This document shows, piece by piece, positions 44,955 to 55,074 of a stretch of DNA of 64,000 bases. The stretch covers positions 174,736-238,735 of the forward strand of contig NW_005201391.1 of the NCBI RefSeq assembly GCF_000372725.1, written 5' to 3'. The notes under the pieces were generated by a model that made no database searches, was not told the DNA's origin, and saw nothing but the letters and a program-made list of their open reading frames with translations. Position 1 is the stretch's first letter. Each line of letters starts with the position of its first letter. The DNA is from Emiliania huxleyi CCMP1516 (lineage: Eukaryota). A program made the position numbers and the translations under genes.

Positions 44955-47384
44955 ATGCCGCTCTGCCTGCTCTCTGCGTCGGTCGCTGGCACCGCGTCGG
45001 TCGCTGGCACCGCCTCGGCGGCCGAGGTCGCCGCCGTCCTCCAGCCGCGGCTCACCTTTGCTCCCGACGGGCTGCGCGCGGCCGAGGCGGCAGCGCAGGC
45101 GGAGGCCGCTGGCTCTGGCGTGGCGGCGTGGCAGGCCGTCGCCCGCACCGTGACGGCGCTGCAGCGGCTGGACTGCGGGCACGACGCGGGCGTCGACGGC
45201 GTCACCACCGCCAAGGAGGCCGAGCTGCTCAACGCGACCGAGGCGATACTCGACGCGGCGGCCGGCGGCGAGCCGCTCGCGATGTCGGCGCTGGGGCACA
45301 TGTACCTTCTGGGCGACCCGTGCTCGCCGAAGCGGAACCTGACGTGGGCGACGCACTGGCTCGAGGGCGCGGCCGCCGCCGGCCAGCCCTCCGCCCTCGC
45401 GATGCTCGGCTTTCTGAACGAGAGCCGCGCGCTGTCGCGCGTGTACAACTTCAGCTATGCCACGCCGGCCGCGCTGACGGCAAGGTACCCTCCGGCGGGC
45501 GGGGGGGCGTACGCGCAGGGGCGCGCCCTGTACGAGGCCGCCCTCACCTCGGGCGGCTCCGTCCTCGCCTCGCTCGCCCTCGGCTCCCAGTACTCGAACG
45601 GTTCGGAGACGCTCCCGAGACGCTCCCGAGACGCTCCCGAGACGCTCCCGAGACGCTTCCGAGACGCTTCCGAGACGCTTCCGAGACACTTCCGAGGTGG
45701 ACGCATCAGCTCCTGACAGCACTCACCGCCCCCGTGCCTCCTCCCCCCCAGGCTTCGCCGGCGTCGCCGCCTCGTGTCCCGCCGCCGCCGCTCACTACGA
45801 GGCTGCGGCAGCGGGCGCGATGGCGCAGCTGGACGAGAAGCGGCAGCGGACGGTCGAGCAGGGCTGGCTCGACTCGAGCAGCGAGGCGCGCACGCTCCTC
45901 CGCAAGCAGCCGGCCGCTGCTCGCGAGTCTGGCGTCGACCCCGCCTCTGTCGAGTACATGGACTACTGCGCGCACGTGGGGGACGTCGCCGGGCAAGTCG
46001 GGATGGCGCACCTCTACCACTCCGGCACGCACGGCGTCCCGCGCGACACGGCGGCGGCGGCGCACTGGTTCGCCGCCGCCGCGGCGAAGGGCGACCCGAT
46101 GGGCCACGCCAACCTCGGGCTGGTGCGGCTGCGGGCGGGGGACGGCGCGGGCGCGCTGCCGCCGCTGAGGCGCGCCGCCAAGCGGAGCGACCCGTCGGGG
46201 TGGGCCGGTCTCGGGTACGCGTACTACTACGGGCTGGGTGTGAGGCAGGACTACGCGCTGGCGGCCAAGGCCCTGTCCGCCGCCGCCCGCCTCGGCCACC
46301 TGGACGCCATCTTCAACCTGGGCGTGCTCGCGCTGCGCGGCGAAGGGATGGAGCAGTCGCTGCACAAGGCGGAGCGCTTCTGGCGCGTGGCGGCCGACTT
46401 TTCGCACCCGATGGCGCAGTACTACATCGGCAGGATGAAGGCGCGCGGGCTGGGCACGCGGCGCGACTGTGAGACCGCCCTCTTCTTCCTGCAGCACGCC
46501 GCCGCCGCCTGGCCCGCCGGCAACGGCTTGCTCGAGACCGGCCTTGCCGCCCACGAGGCGGACCGGCCGCAGCGCGCCCTCGTGCACTACCTGCTCGGAG
46601 CGCACGCGGGCCTCGAGCCGGCGCTGCACAACGCGGGCTTCCTGTACGCCGAGGCGATGCCGCGGCGGCAGCCGCAGCTAGCCGCCTCCTACCGCGGCGC
46701 GGCCTCCGAGTACTTTCGGCGCGCGGCCGTGCTCGGCTCGGTGGACGCGTCCATCCGGCTCGCCCTCGTGCTCTCCCAGGACCTGACGGCCGAGCACTCT
46801 GCGAGCTCGTGGAGGCTCGCCAACGAGCTCTACGCGGAGGCGGCGCGGCACGGCTCGGCCGACGCCACCTGGCACCTCGGCTACAACTACCTCAAGGGGC
46901 GTGGCCTTCCGAAGGACTGGGCACGCCCCTCCCCCCTCTGCTCCTCTCCGACATGGCTCGGAGCCTGCCCGGAGCTACCCGGAGCCTTCCTGTAGGGGCG
47001 CGCATGGGCGCTGATGCGCGACGGCGGGATGCACTCGCGCTTCGCCGAGCTGCGCGGTGCACGAGCGTGCCCGAGCCTTGCGACCCCTCTCCTCCCTCGC
47101 CCTCTCCTCCCTCGCCCTCTCCTCCCTGCTCTGTGGCGGCTCGATGCCAGCAGCCCTCACTCTCTCCCCGCCGACCCGCTGCAGGGCCCGAGAAGCTCCT
47201 CTTCTCGCTGCTGCGCGCCGTCTACGAGGCTCGCGTCTTCATCGTATTTGCGGCGCTCGGCTCCTTCGTCCTCGCCACAGGCGGCAAGCGCGCCCCCGGC
47301 TTTGGCGCCGGCGCCGCCGCGACCGCTGTCTGGCACGAAGACGACGACGCCGCTGCAGACGACTTTGACGAGTTTGACGACTGA
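44955..47384 (+). CDS. Sel1-repeat membrane protein (SEL1L/HRD3-like, ERAD)
   Basis: Signal-like start; many Sel1 repeats (ALGHMYLLG, AAHWFAAAAAKGD..NLG, LGYAYYYGLGVRQD, AIFNLG, RRDCETA); C-terminal TM VFIVFAALGSFVLA followed by an acidic tail; spliced. Confidence 0.85.
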
Positions 47385-47653
47385 CTCGCCACGCTGCCGT
47401 CGCTCGTGCGGCGGGGTCCGGCGCTAGACGCAAAAAAAGAAGAGGCATCGTTTGGCCTCGAGCGTTTGGCCGCTGTGTATCGCGCGCACACGTCTGCGTC
47501 GAGGACGTCGTGTCGTTTTGACGAGTCTCTGGACTCTGCATGCGTACGTCTGACCATTTTTTTAGAACGGCAACATGCGTAACTCCACTCCCACACGCAT
47601 TGCGACCACATACACCTACAAGCACGTGCGATCAGCGTGTGCCGTTCGTTACT

Positions 47654-47914
47654 TCATGCGGTGTCAAGTGCGGTGTCTGAGCCAGTGCTGCCGCTCGGTG
47701 TTGGACACGACGGCGCAGCAAAGGAGGCGGTGCGAGTCATGGACGCGACCATCGGCATGTGTGGCTCATGTTTGGGCAGCGGCATCGTCGTTGAAGTATC
47801 GAGAAACGCATCGAGTCGGCAGCGTGCCGAGCAAAAGGCGCTTCCGTGCGCCATGTACAGTGTCATTCCAGAGTAAAGTGTCTGCGAGCAGTTTTGGCAT
47901 GACCGAAGGGCCAT
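47654..47914 (-). CDS. Small FCS-like zinc finger (zf-FLZ/DUF581-like) protein
   Basis: LRSCQNCSQTLYSGMTLYMAHGSAFCSARCR fits CX2C-X17-FCSX2C. The ORF stays open upstream to 48004; first ATG at 47914. Confidence 0.65.
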   Translation of the reverse strand: MALRSCQNCSQTLYSGMTLYMAHGSAFCSARCRLDAFLDTSTTMPLPKHEPHMPMVASMTRTASFAAPSCPTPSGSTGSDTALDTA

Positions 47915-48080
47915 TTGCGTCTCAAACCTCGCAGCGGCGGTGGATGAAGGCACGGCGGCGTGGGCGTTCAATCGGCGAGCGATCGGCTTTTCGTTCACCG
48001 CCAATTCTTTTATTCGGTGTACCAGGTACCTGTTCTCGAGGTTCTCGAGGTGGATATCCTTTGGCCGCGTTGGGTAGCGA

Positions 48081-48202
48081 GGATTGGTGTGACGCGATCC
48101 ACGGAGGCGTGTTTTCTGACGGCCGACCGTCAGTGCACGGAGTTGCCCCTTCTCCGACTGCCCCGCCCGGCTAGTTCACGAGTTTCGCGGGAGTGACCCC
48201 AG
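48081..48202 (+). repeat. Dispersed ~120-bp repeat, second copy at ~53779-53895
   Basis: GGATTGGTGTGACGCGATCCACG..TTCTGACGGCCGACCGTCAGTGCACGGAGTTGCCCCTTCTCCGACTGCCCCG..CTAGTTCACGAGTTTCGC.GGAGTGACCCCA is near-identical at both loci. Confidence 0.85.
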
Positions 48203-48211
48203 GTACCTGTG

Positions 48212-49009
48212 GGCTAACATCTGCACCTTGGATGGCTGCGCTCCCTGTTTCGCAGCCATCCGTGCTAAGGATGGCTGGCACGCCTAGATCTCAGCCATGC
48301 ACGCCTACCGGATGGCTGAGAACTAGGCATGCCAGCCATCCCTAAAACTCACATGATTTCCCCCCGCGGGCATCCTCTTGAAATGGAAACTTCACTCCTT
48401 CTCAACCGGGGGGCTTGTAAGAAAATCCCCCCACAGAGCAACGGGGATAAACACTCCCGGTCCGTCACTCCCTCACTGGGCAGGTGGNNNNNNNNNNNNN
48501 NNNNNNNNNNNNNNNNNNNNNNNNNNNNNNNNNNNNNNNNNNNNNNNNNNNNNNNNNNNNNNNNNNNNNNNNNNNNNNNNNNNNNNNCTCACGCTGCGCG
48601 AGCCACCACACCCTTGTTCTGGATGGCTGGCGTCGTTATCTCTCAGCCATCGCGTTGGAACGCTTGGTCAGGATCTAGTAAGCTCAGCCATCGTCCGGCC
48701 GATGGCTGCGACGGCTGTATGACAGCCATCATGCGGCCGGGCGGAGATGGCCGGGACACAGCCATCGCAGCCATCGGCCGGAGGATGGCTGCACTGGCTG
48801 GAAGGCAGCCAAAATGGCGCGTGCTGGGAGGGCGGAGTGGCCAGGATGCTTTAATTGCAACCATGTGAATTAAGGATGGCTGGCATGCCTAGTTCTCAGC
48901 CATCCGGTAGGAGTGCATGGCTGAGATCTAGGCGTGCCAGCCATCCTTAGCACGGATGGCTGCGAAACAGGGAGCGCAGCCATCCAAGGTGCAGATTTCG
49001 AGGTTAGCC
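48212..49009. mobile_element. Foldback/Mutator-like non-autonomous element with ~130-bp TIRs
   Basis: 48212-~48345 is the reverse complement of ~48870-49009 (6-bp indel near the tip); 9-bp TSD GTACCTGTG/GTACCGGTG with one mismatch; interior is rich in CAGCCATC/GATGGCTG; contains one N-gap. Confidence 0.85.
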
Positions 49010-50006
49010 GTACCGGTGTTAGTTAGTGCCAGTGCGCGCCAGTCCCGTGCCTAGTGTCGTGCGAGGGAGTTTTGTAGTAAAATTCTTTGGTCGTTTCCAA
49101 CCGCTCTTTATACTCGTTCACGAGTCGACCCCAGGGAACCGTGGGCTCTAGGTTCCCATTTCACAGAAAGCCAAACGAGGGATGGGAGGAGGAAAGGGTC
49201 CCCACTTGCACACGAGCAGGCCCAGGGTTTTGGAAGGACGATCAGGGGAACGATCTTCTCCTGCTCCTGACAAGGGACAGCGCCACAGGCTCACAGCGCG
49301 GTGCTCGGTGGACTCCCTACTCCACTCTGGCGGTCTCATCTCAGTCTAGCGACCTGCCTCGCCAGGGGTCCAGCTTCTTCTTCCGAGTCATTGAACATAA
49401 TTTCGGAACACATCTGATGTGCAGCCCAGACGCCAGACGACGAGGTGGGTGATTGTGGTGGGTATTGTGGGGCGCACGGGCGGCCGACCGACACCCGCCC
49501 TGCAACGCCCCAAAAAATCGAGTCTCATCAGCGACCGTATACGGTATAGTAAGCGCCGCCCTGGCCTGGTTGCGATTGGCCATAGCCTCGCCCGCAAGCA
49601 TCTCCCGGCGCGCCCAGCCCGAGCATTGCGCCGCCCGCTGCAGGGCGGCGCCCAGCACCGATGACGACTGCTCCATGGACTGCTCCTGGGCGGCATCCTC
49701 CGAAGAAGCCTCCCTCGTGCCCGAAGTGCAAGTAAGTGGCCCCGGACCGGATCAGGAGTCCAAAGCCTCCTCGAAAGCCCCGCTTCTCCTCCGGCGCCAC
49801 CGCCAGGGCCCAGGCCGGCCTTCTCCTCCGGCGCGAGGGCGAGGCCTTGCTCGTCGTCGTCGTCCACCTCCTCGTTCCTCTATACTCTACGCAGAACATC
49901 ATGCACCAATCATTTTACATAGCTTCACTTTCCGTAGCCTCTGGCTCTGGCCGCGCGCGTCGCACCAACTCTAATCGCGCCGCCGCCGCCGCCGCCGCCG
50001 CCGCCA

Positions 50007-53000
50007 TCAAGCGTCCGGGAAGACGCCCAAGAAGGTTGCGTCCCCCACGAGCGGGGGCATCGGGCTCTCCTCGACGATGGGGGCGGGCGCCTCCGTCGGC
50101 GGCGCGAGCGTGGGCGTGGCGGCGGCCGCGGCGTGATCGAAGGCAGTCCGCGCCTGCGCGAGCCGGCCCACGCCGGTCCAAAACTCGTGCAGCATGCCGC
50201 CCTCCATCTTCGCGTCGCTAGTCAGCGCGATCGCAGTCAGGACGAGCATGGCGGCGCGCCCCGCCTCGACGGGCGGCTCCAACGGGCCGAGGTGAGGCCC
50301 GAGCCGCCGCCGCCTCCGGCGCGCCGCCTCCGGGACCTTGCCCAGCGGCGCACGCACGTTGCGGAGCAGCGAGCGCGCCTCGAAGAGCGAGTACGTGCCG
50401 GCCTGCATCGCCCAGCAGAGCGCGCCGAGGCCGCTAAGGCCCGAGAGGGGGGGCGCGTCCGCCGCCGTCCAGCCCGTCAGCACGAGCCACAGCCACGTGA
50501 GCAGCGCGGTGAGGGCAACGTTGCCGTGCTTCCGCTCCGCCTCGACCCGCCACGCCGCCTGGTCGCTCGCGTCGTCGCTCTGGATTAGGGACCATGGCCA
50601 GGGTACGCGCCCCGCCCAGTAGCGCGTGTCGCTGCTCACGCCGCTGTCTGCCGCCGCCATGGCCTCGAGCGTCTCGCTCGTCTCGCGCCGCGCCGGCCGC
50701 CAAGTCGCTGCCTCGAGGGGACCGAGGACGTCCCCGTTCTGCAGCGCGTAGTCGGCGCGCACGAGCCTCCCGTTGACCACCGCCCGCGCCAGCGCCTCGC
50801 CGGGCGTAGGCCCGCCGCCGGCCGGCAGCGAGCGGAGGGCGGCCTCGACCGTCACGCCAGCCTCGAAGGAGAGGACTGTGCCGTCCTCCTGCGACGCGAG
50901 CACGCGCCGCGCGCGCAGCGCCGTGTGGACACGGCCGATGGTGTGCTCGGCACGCGACACCTCGCCCGCCCCCGCCCGCCGGCTCGCGCGCCGCACCAGC
51001 TGCTTTGGCCTGGCCGCCCCCGCCGCCCCGGCCGCCGGCGCGGCGACCCTCGGCGTTGCGGCACTCGGCGTCGTGGCGGGAGCGGAAGGCGGAGAGTAAG
51101 CTGGATCGGCGCGGCCGCCTCGGCCGCCGCGGGGCTGGCTCACCTCGACTCGGCACGCTCGGCCGCGCACCTCTCGGCCGGTCAGCTCGCGACACGCAGC
51201 CGCCGCGTCGCTCGCGTCAGCAAAGCTGACAAACCCATAGCCGCGGGAGCGTCCCGTCTCGCGGCTGGTGGCGACGCGGCACTCGGTGAGCCGCCCAAAC
51301 GGGGCAAACAGCTCCTGCAAGTCGCCCTCGGTCACGTCGAAGCTGAGCGAGGCGACGAAGAGCTTGCGGCGGTCCGACTCCGGCCGGCGCGGCGAGCGAG
51401 ACGCCGCGCCGGCCTCCACCTCTCGCGGCGCGGAGCCACCGCCGCGGCCACCGCCGCGGCCACCGCCGCCGCCCTCCGCCCTCTCGCTGCCCTCGCCTGC
51501 CTCCGCCCCGCCGTCGCCGCCAAAGAGGCGCCGCTCCTCGGCGACCCGCCGCTTGACGGGCGAGCGGCGCGGCTCGCCGAAGCCGGTCGTCTGGTCGAAG
51601 CCGAGCTCGCGCTGCCAGACCTGGTGCGCCGCGTCGCGGCGGCGGTCGTCCGCCTTGTACAGCCAATGCGCCGCCGAGCCGTACTCTGCCTGGTGGTGCA
51701 TCTCGGCGGTGCGCACCTGCACCTCCGCCTTGATGCCGCGCACCAGCGCGCACGAGTGGAGGGAGCGGTAGCCGTTTGGCTTCGGCGAGGCGATGAAGTC
51801 CTTGAGGAGCGCGCCCTTGGCCGTCGAGGCGACGGGCAGCGTCTTGTGCACCGCCTCGAGCACGCGGTAGCACAGCAGCGCCTGCCGCGCCTCCCAGTCC
51901 CGCGCGCTCATCCGCTCCGGCCGGTGCCCGTCCGGGGAGAGGGGCCGCGTCTCGGTCGGCATCACCACCAAGCGGAAGGCGAGCAGGTCGTCGAGCCCGT
52001 CGACGCTCTCCAGCCCCTTGCGCTCCATCTTGCGCGCCACAGAGACGAGGTCCTTGATGCGCGCGTGCACCCGGATCCACTTTGTCTGCCGCTGCAGCAG
52101 CGGGTCGGACGCCAGCGCCGCCTCGATCTGCCCCTCCGCCTCCTCGAGCGCCGGCCGCGCGCGCTCCGTCAGGTCCGCCAGCGCAGAGGAGAGGGCGGCA
52201 TACTCGGCAGGCCTCCCCACCGAGAAGGCTAGGATCTCGAGCTCCGTCTTGAAGTACCTGAGAGGCGGGCGTGGCAGGGTGTGCGCCACCGTACTGCTTA
52301 GCGCGGCATTTGGAGGGGCTCCAGGGAGAGGAGTCTCGCACCACATCCCGAGCCGCTGCGCGAGCGGGATGAACACCTCCTCCGTCTGCTGCGTGAAGAC
52401 GTCGCGCCGCTGCAGCAGCGCGCGCCACTCGGCGGCGTCGCCGCCGCACCGCTGGAAGGCGGCGCACGCGGCGCCGCTGTCGAGCGCACACGCGCTCAAG
52501 CAGCCGAGCGCGCAATCCGAGCGGCGAGGCGCGGCGGCCAGCTCGTTGACGCCTTACGGGAAGGCTCCGAGAAGGTTCAGAGAAGGTTCCAGGTGGCGAG
52601 GCGCGGCGGACAGCGGTTGACGCCGAGCTGCTGGCCGACCATCGCGCCGTACAGCTCGCGCATCGAGACGAGGCGCGACGCGAGCGCGATTGCAATCGAG
52701 CGAGGGTCGTCGCAGCCGGCGAGCATGATCTGGCACTGCCGCTCGAGCTGCTCCGCCCGACTCGCGCCGAGCTCGCCCCCTTCTTCTGCCACGCCGGCGC
52801 CAGCGCCGCCGTCCGCACCCTCGGCGGCGCGCTCGAGCCGCGCCGAGAGGCGCCATACCGTCGAGACGCCGCCGCCAATCTCGTCGATGGCGGCGGCCGC
52901 CTCCTCTCCGAGGATGGCAGTCAAGTCCTGCGCCGCCACGCCAACCTCCGCCTCGCGCAAGCCCGCCAGCATCGCAGCCTCGATGACCTCTCCGTCGGCC

Positions 53001-53404
53001 TTGATCGCCGCCAGGACGCGGCTGACCGCGAGGTGGTGACGTAGGGTGCCCAGCTTGCCGGCCGCGGTCCAGGCGCCATAGGCGAGCTCTGTCGTGATCA
53101 TGAGGTGTGCGAGCGCCGAAGGTGCGAGATGCTTTGCCATGCGGGCGAGCTCGTGCTTGTGGTAACGGAGCTCACTCAACTGCGCGTCATCCAAGCACCA
53201 CCCCATGGACGCCCTCAGTCTCGCCAGGGGTTCGCCGGCCTGCTCTTTGATCTCTCGCAGCAGCATGAGTGCCGTGGACGGGAGCGGCGACTCGGAGACG
53301 ATTCCAACCTTCTCGAGAGAGAGGGAGCCAATCGAGGTTGACGTCATCGAAGACAGCGGCGGTTCCACAGCTGCGCGGGCCAAGCAAATCACGTCGGAGC
53401 GCAT
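50007..53404 (-). CDS. RSH: RelA/SpoT homologue (RSH): degenerate HD + (p)ppGpp synthetase + RRM + TGS + hydrophobic C-terminal helices
   Basis: HD-like HHLAVSRVLAAIKADGEVIEAAMLAGL; EVFIPLAQRLGMW|YFKTELE; ARIKD..S...KM, DDLLAFRLVV, KDFIASPKPNGYRSLH and EVQVRTAEMHHQAEYGSAAHWLYK; RNP2 LFVASL and RNP1 RGYGFVSF; TGS-like AVVNGRLVRADYALQNGDVL. Predicted introns at 52553-52623 and 52258-52341. The start codon is uncertain. Confidence 0.92.
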
Positions 53405-54616
53405 GCTGTTCCCAGGGACTCGCGCGACACCTCTCGGCACCCCGAGGATTTTATTTCTTTGTGGGAGCGCGCCTTCTTTCGATCGTTTGAAGAAGGCCGG
53501 TACTACTATCGGGCCACTGGTAGGATTTTTGTTTCTTTTTCGGTCCCCGCGCGTAGGACAACAACAGACGCGCACATACATCATTGCACACCTGCCTTCC
53601 TTGGCGGGTGAGGGTCGTAAGAATCCAGACAGAGAGAGATTTTTAATTAGCAATACCATTATGTGATGTTAGAGAGGTGGGTTAAGAGGGAGATGTGCGC
53701 GAGCTGCGGGACCGCCGGGACGGCGGGCGGGTGATTCGCCACTTTTGGCCACTTTTGGCCACTTTTGGCGACTTTTGAGGATTGGTGTGACGCGATCCAC
53801 GCAGGCGTGGCTTCTGACGGCCGACCGTCAGTGCACGGAGTTGCCCCTTCTCCGACTGCCCCGGCTAGTTCACGAGTTTCGCAGGAGTGACCCCATGCGT
53901 CAAACCCGAGACCTAGCGCGGGTGGGTTGGAGGGGGCTCGCTGCAAGGAAGGGCGGTGTAAGAGGCCGATCCCCGCAGTCCGCCCCGTTCCTCCCCATCG
54001 GGCCGCGCGTGAGCGGCCTCGCCTCGCAGATTCGTTTTTCGCGCCTGGGTCAGGCGCGCGGGGCATCCCCCGGGTCGCTCGACCAGCGATCCGAAGAGTG
54101 GCCGCTATGCGAGGGACAGAGCGGGGCCCCCGGGGTACGCCTCGTCCGGCCCCCTCCGAGGGGGGAAGGGAATTGCGGGGTCCCCACGGGCGCCTCAGTT
54201 CGGCCCTCCCGAGGGGGGGAGGGGAGCAAGGGGGTGGGGGGGTCGGGGCGGGGGGGAGGGGTCTCGGATTTCGTTCTCGACCGACCCATTGGTGCAAGAG
54301 GACTACATTTCACCTCCTCCCGAAGCGCTGCGACGCACGGTCACGCAGCCTCATGGCCGTGCACTCAACCGGTCGTTCGAAGCACAGACAGCGTCAGCCC
54401 ATGGCGCCCTGAGATGCACACACACGCGCGCGCGCACACACTCACACACGCACGCACACACACACACACACAGATTGAGAAAAGAATTTAATTAAAACAA
54501 CTCTCTCTCACAGCAGTCAGGCGACACAGGTGCGGACTGTAGAAAAGAATTTTTGCGCCGGTCTAGTCGCGACCCGGGGGGGGGGAGCGGGAGACTAACC
54601 TGAGGCATATATATAT

Positions 54617-55033
54617 ATGTCGCGCGCCGCCAGCGCCGCGACCTCGATCTCCTTGCGCTGCCCGATCTGCTGGGACACATTCTGCTCGCCGGTGCTGACG
54701 CCCTGCGGGCACCGCTTTTGCGAGGCATGCGTCAAGACCGCACTCACAGTCAAGAAGGAATGCCCGTCGTGTCGCCAGCCGGTCAAGTCGCACCGCGCGC
54801 TTCGAGTGGACACGGCATTCTTTGCAGCGACCGAGTCGAGCGGTGTGCGGTCGGCGGTGGCCGCCCCACTTCTTGACGAGTGCCTCGCCTCCTGCGATGC
54901 CGAGTGGAATTGCCGCGGCTGCACTTTGGCTAATCCCGCGGCTGCCGAGCGCTGCGCGACGTGTCACGCTCGCCGGCCTGCTCGCGCGACGTACTCTCTG
55001 TTGCCGGCGCGCAACGACTCTTGCGAGCCGGGC

Positions 55034-55074
<41 letters not shown>

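Noticed and set aside
49341..49974. Overlapping ORFs downstream of RSH
   Set aside because: No motif or splice evidence to choose a frame.
8819..53404. IMPDH, plastid sigma factor and RSH as a 'stringent response cluster'
   Set aside because: They are separated by tens of kb and many unrelated genes in a eukaryotic genome. No evidence beyond coincidence without synteny data.
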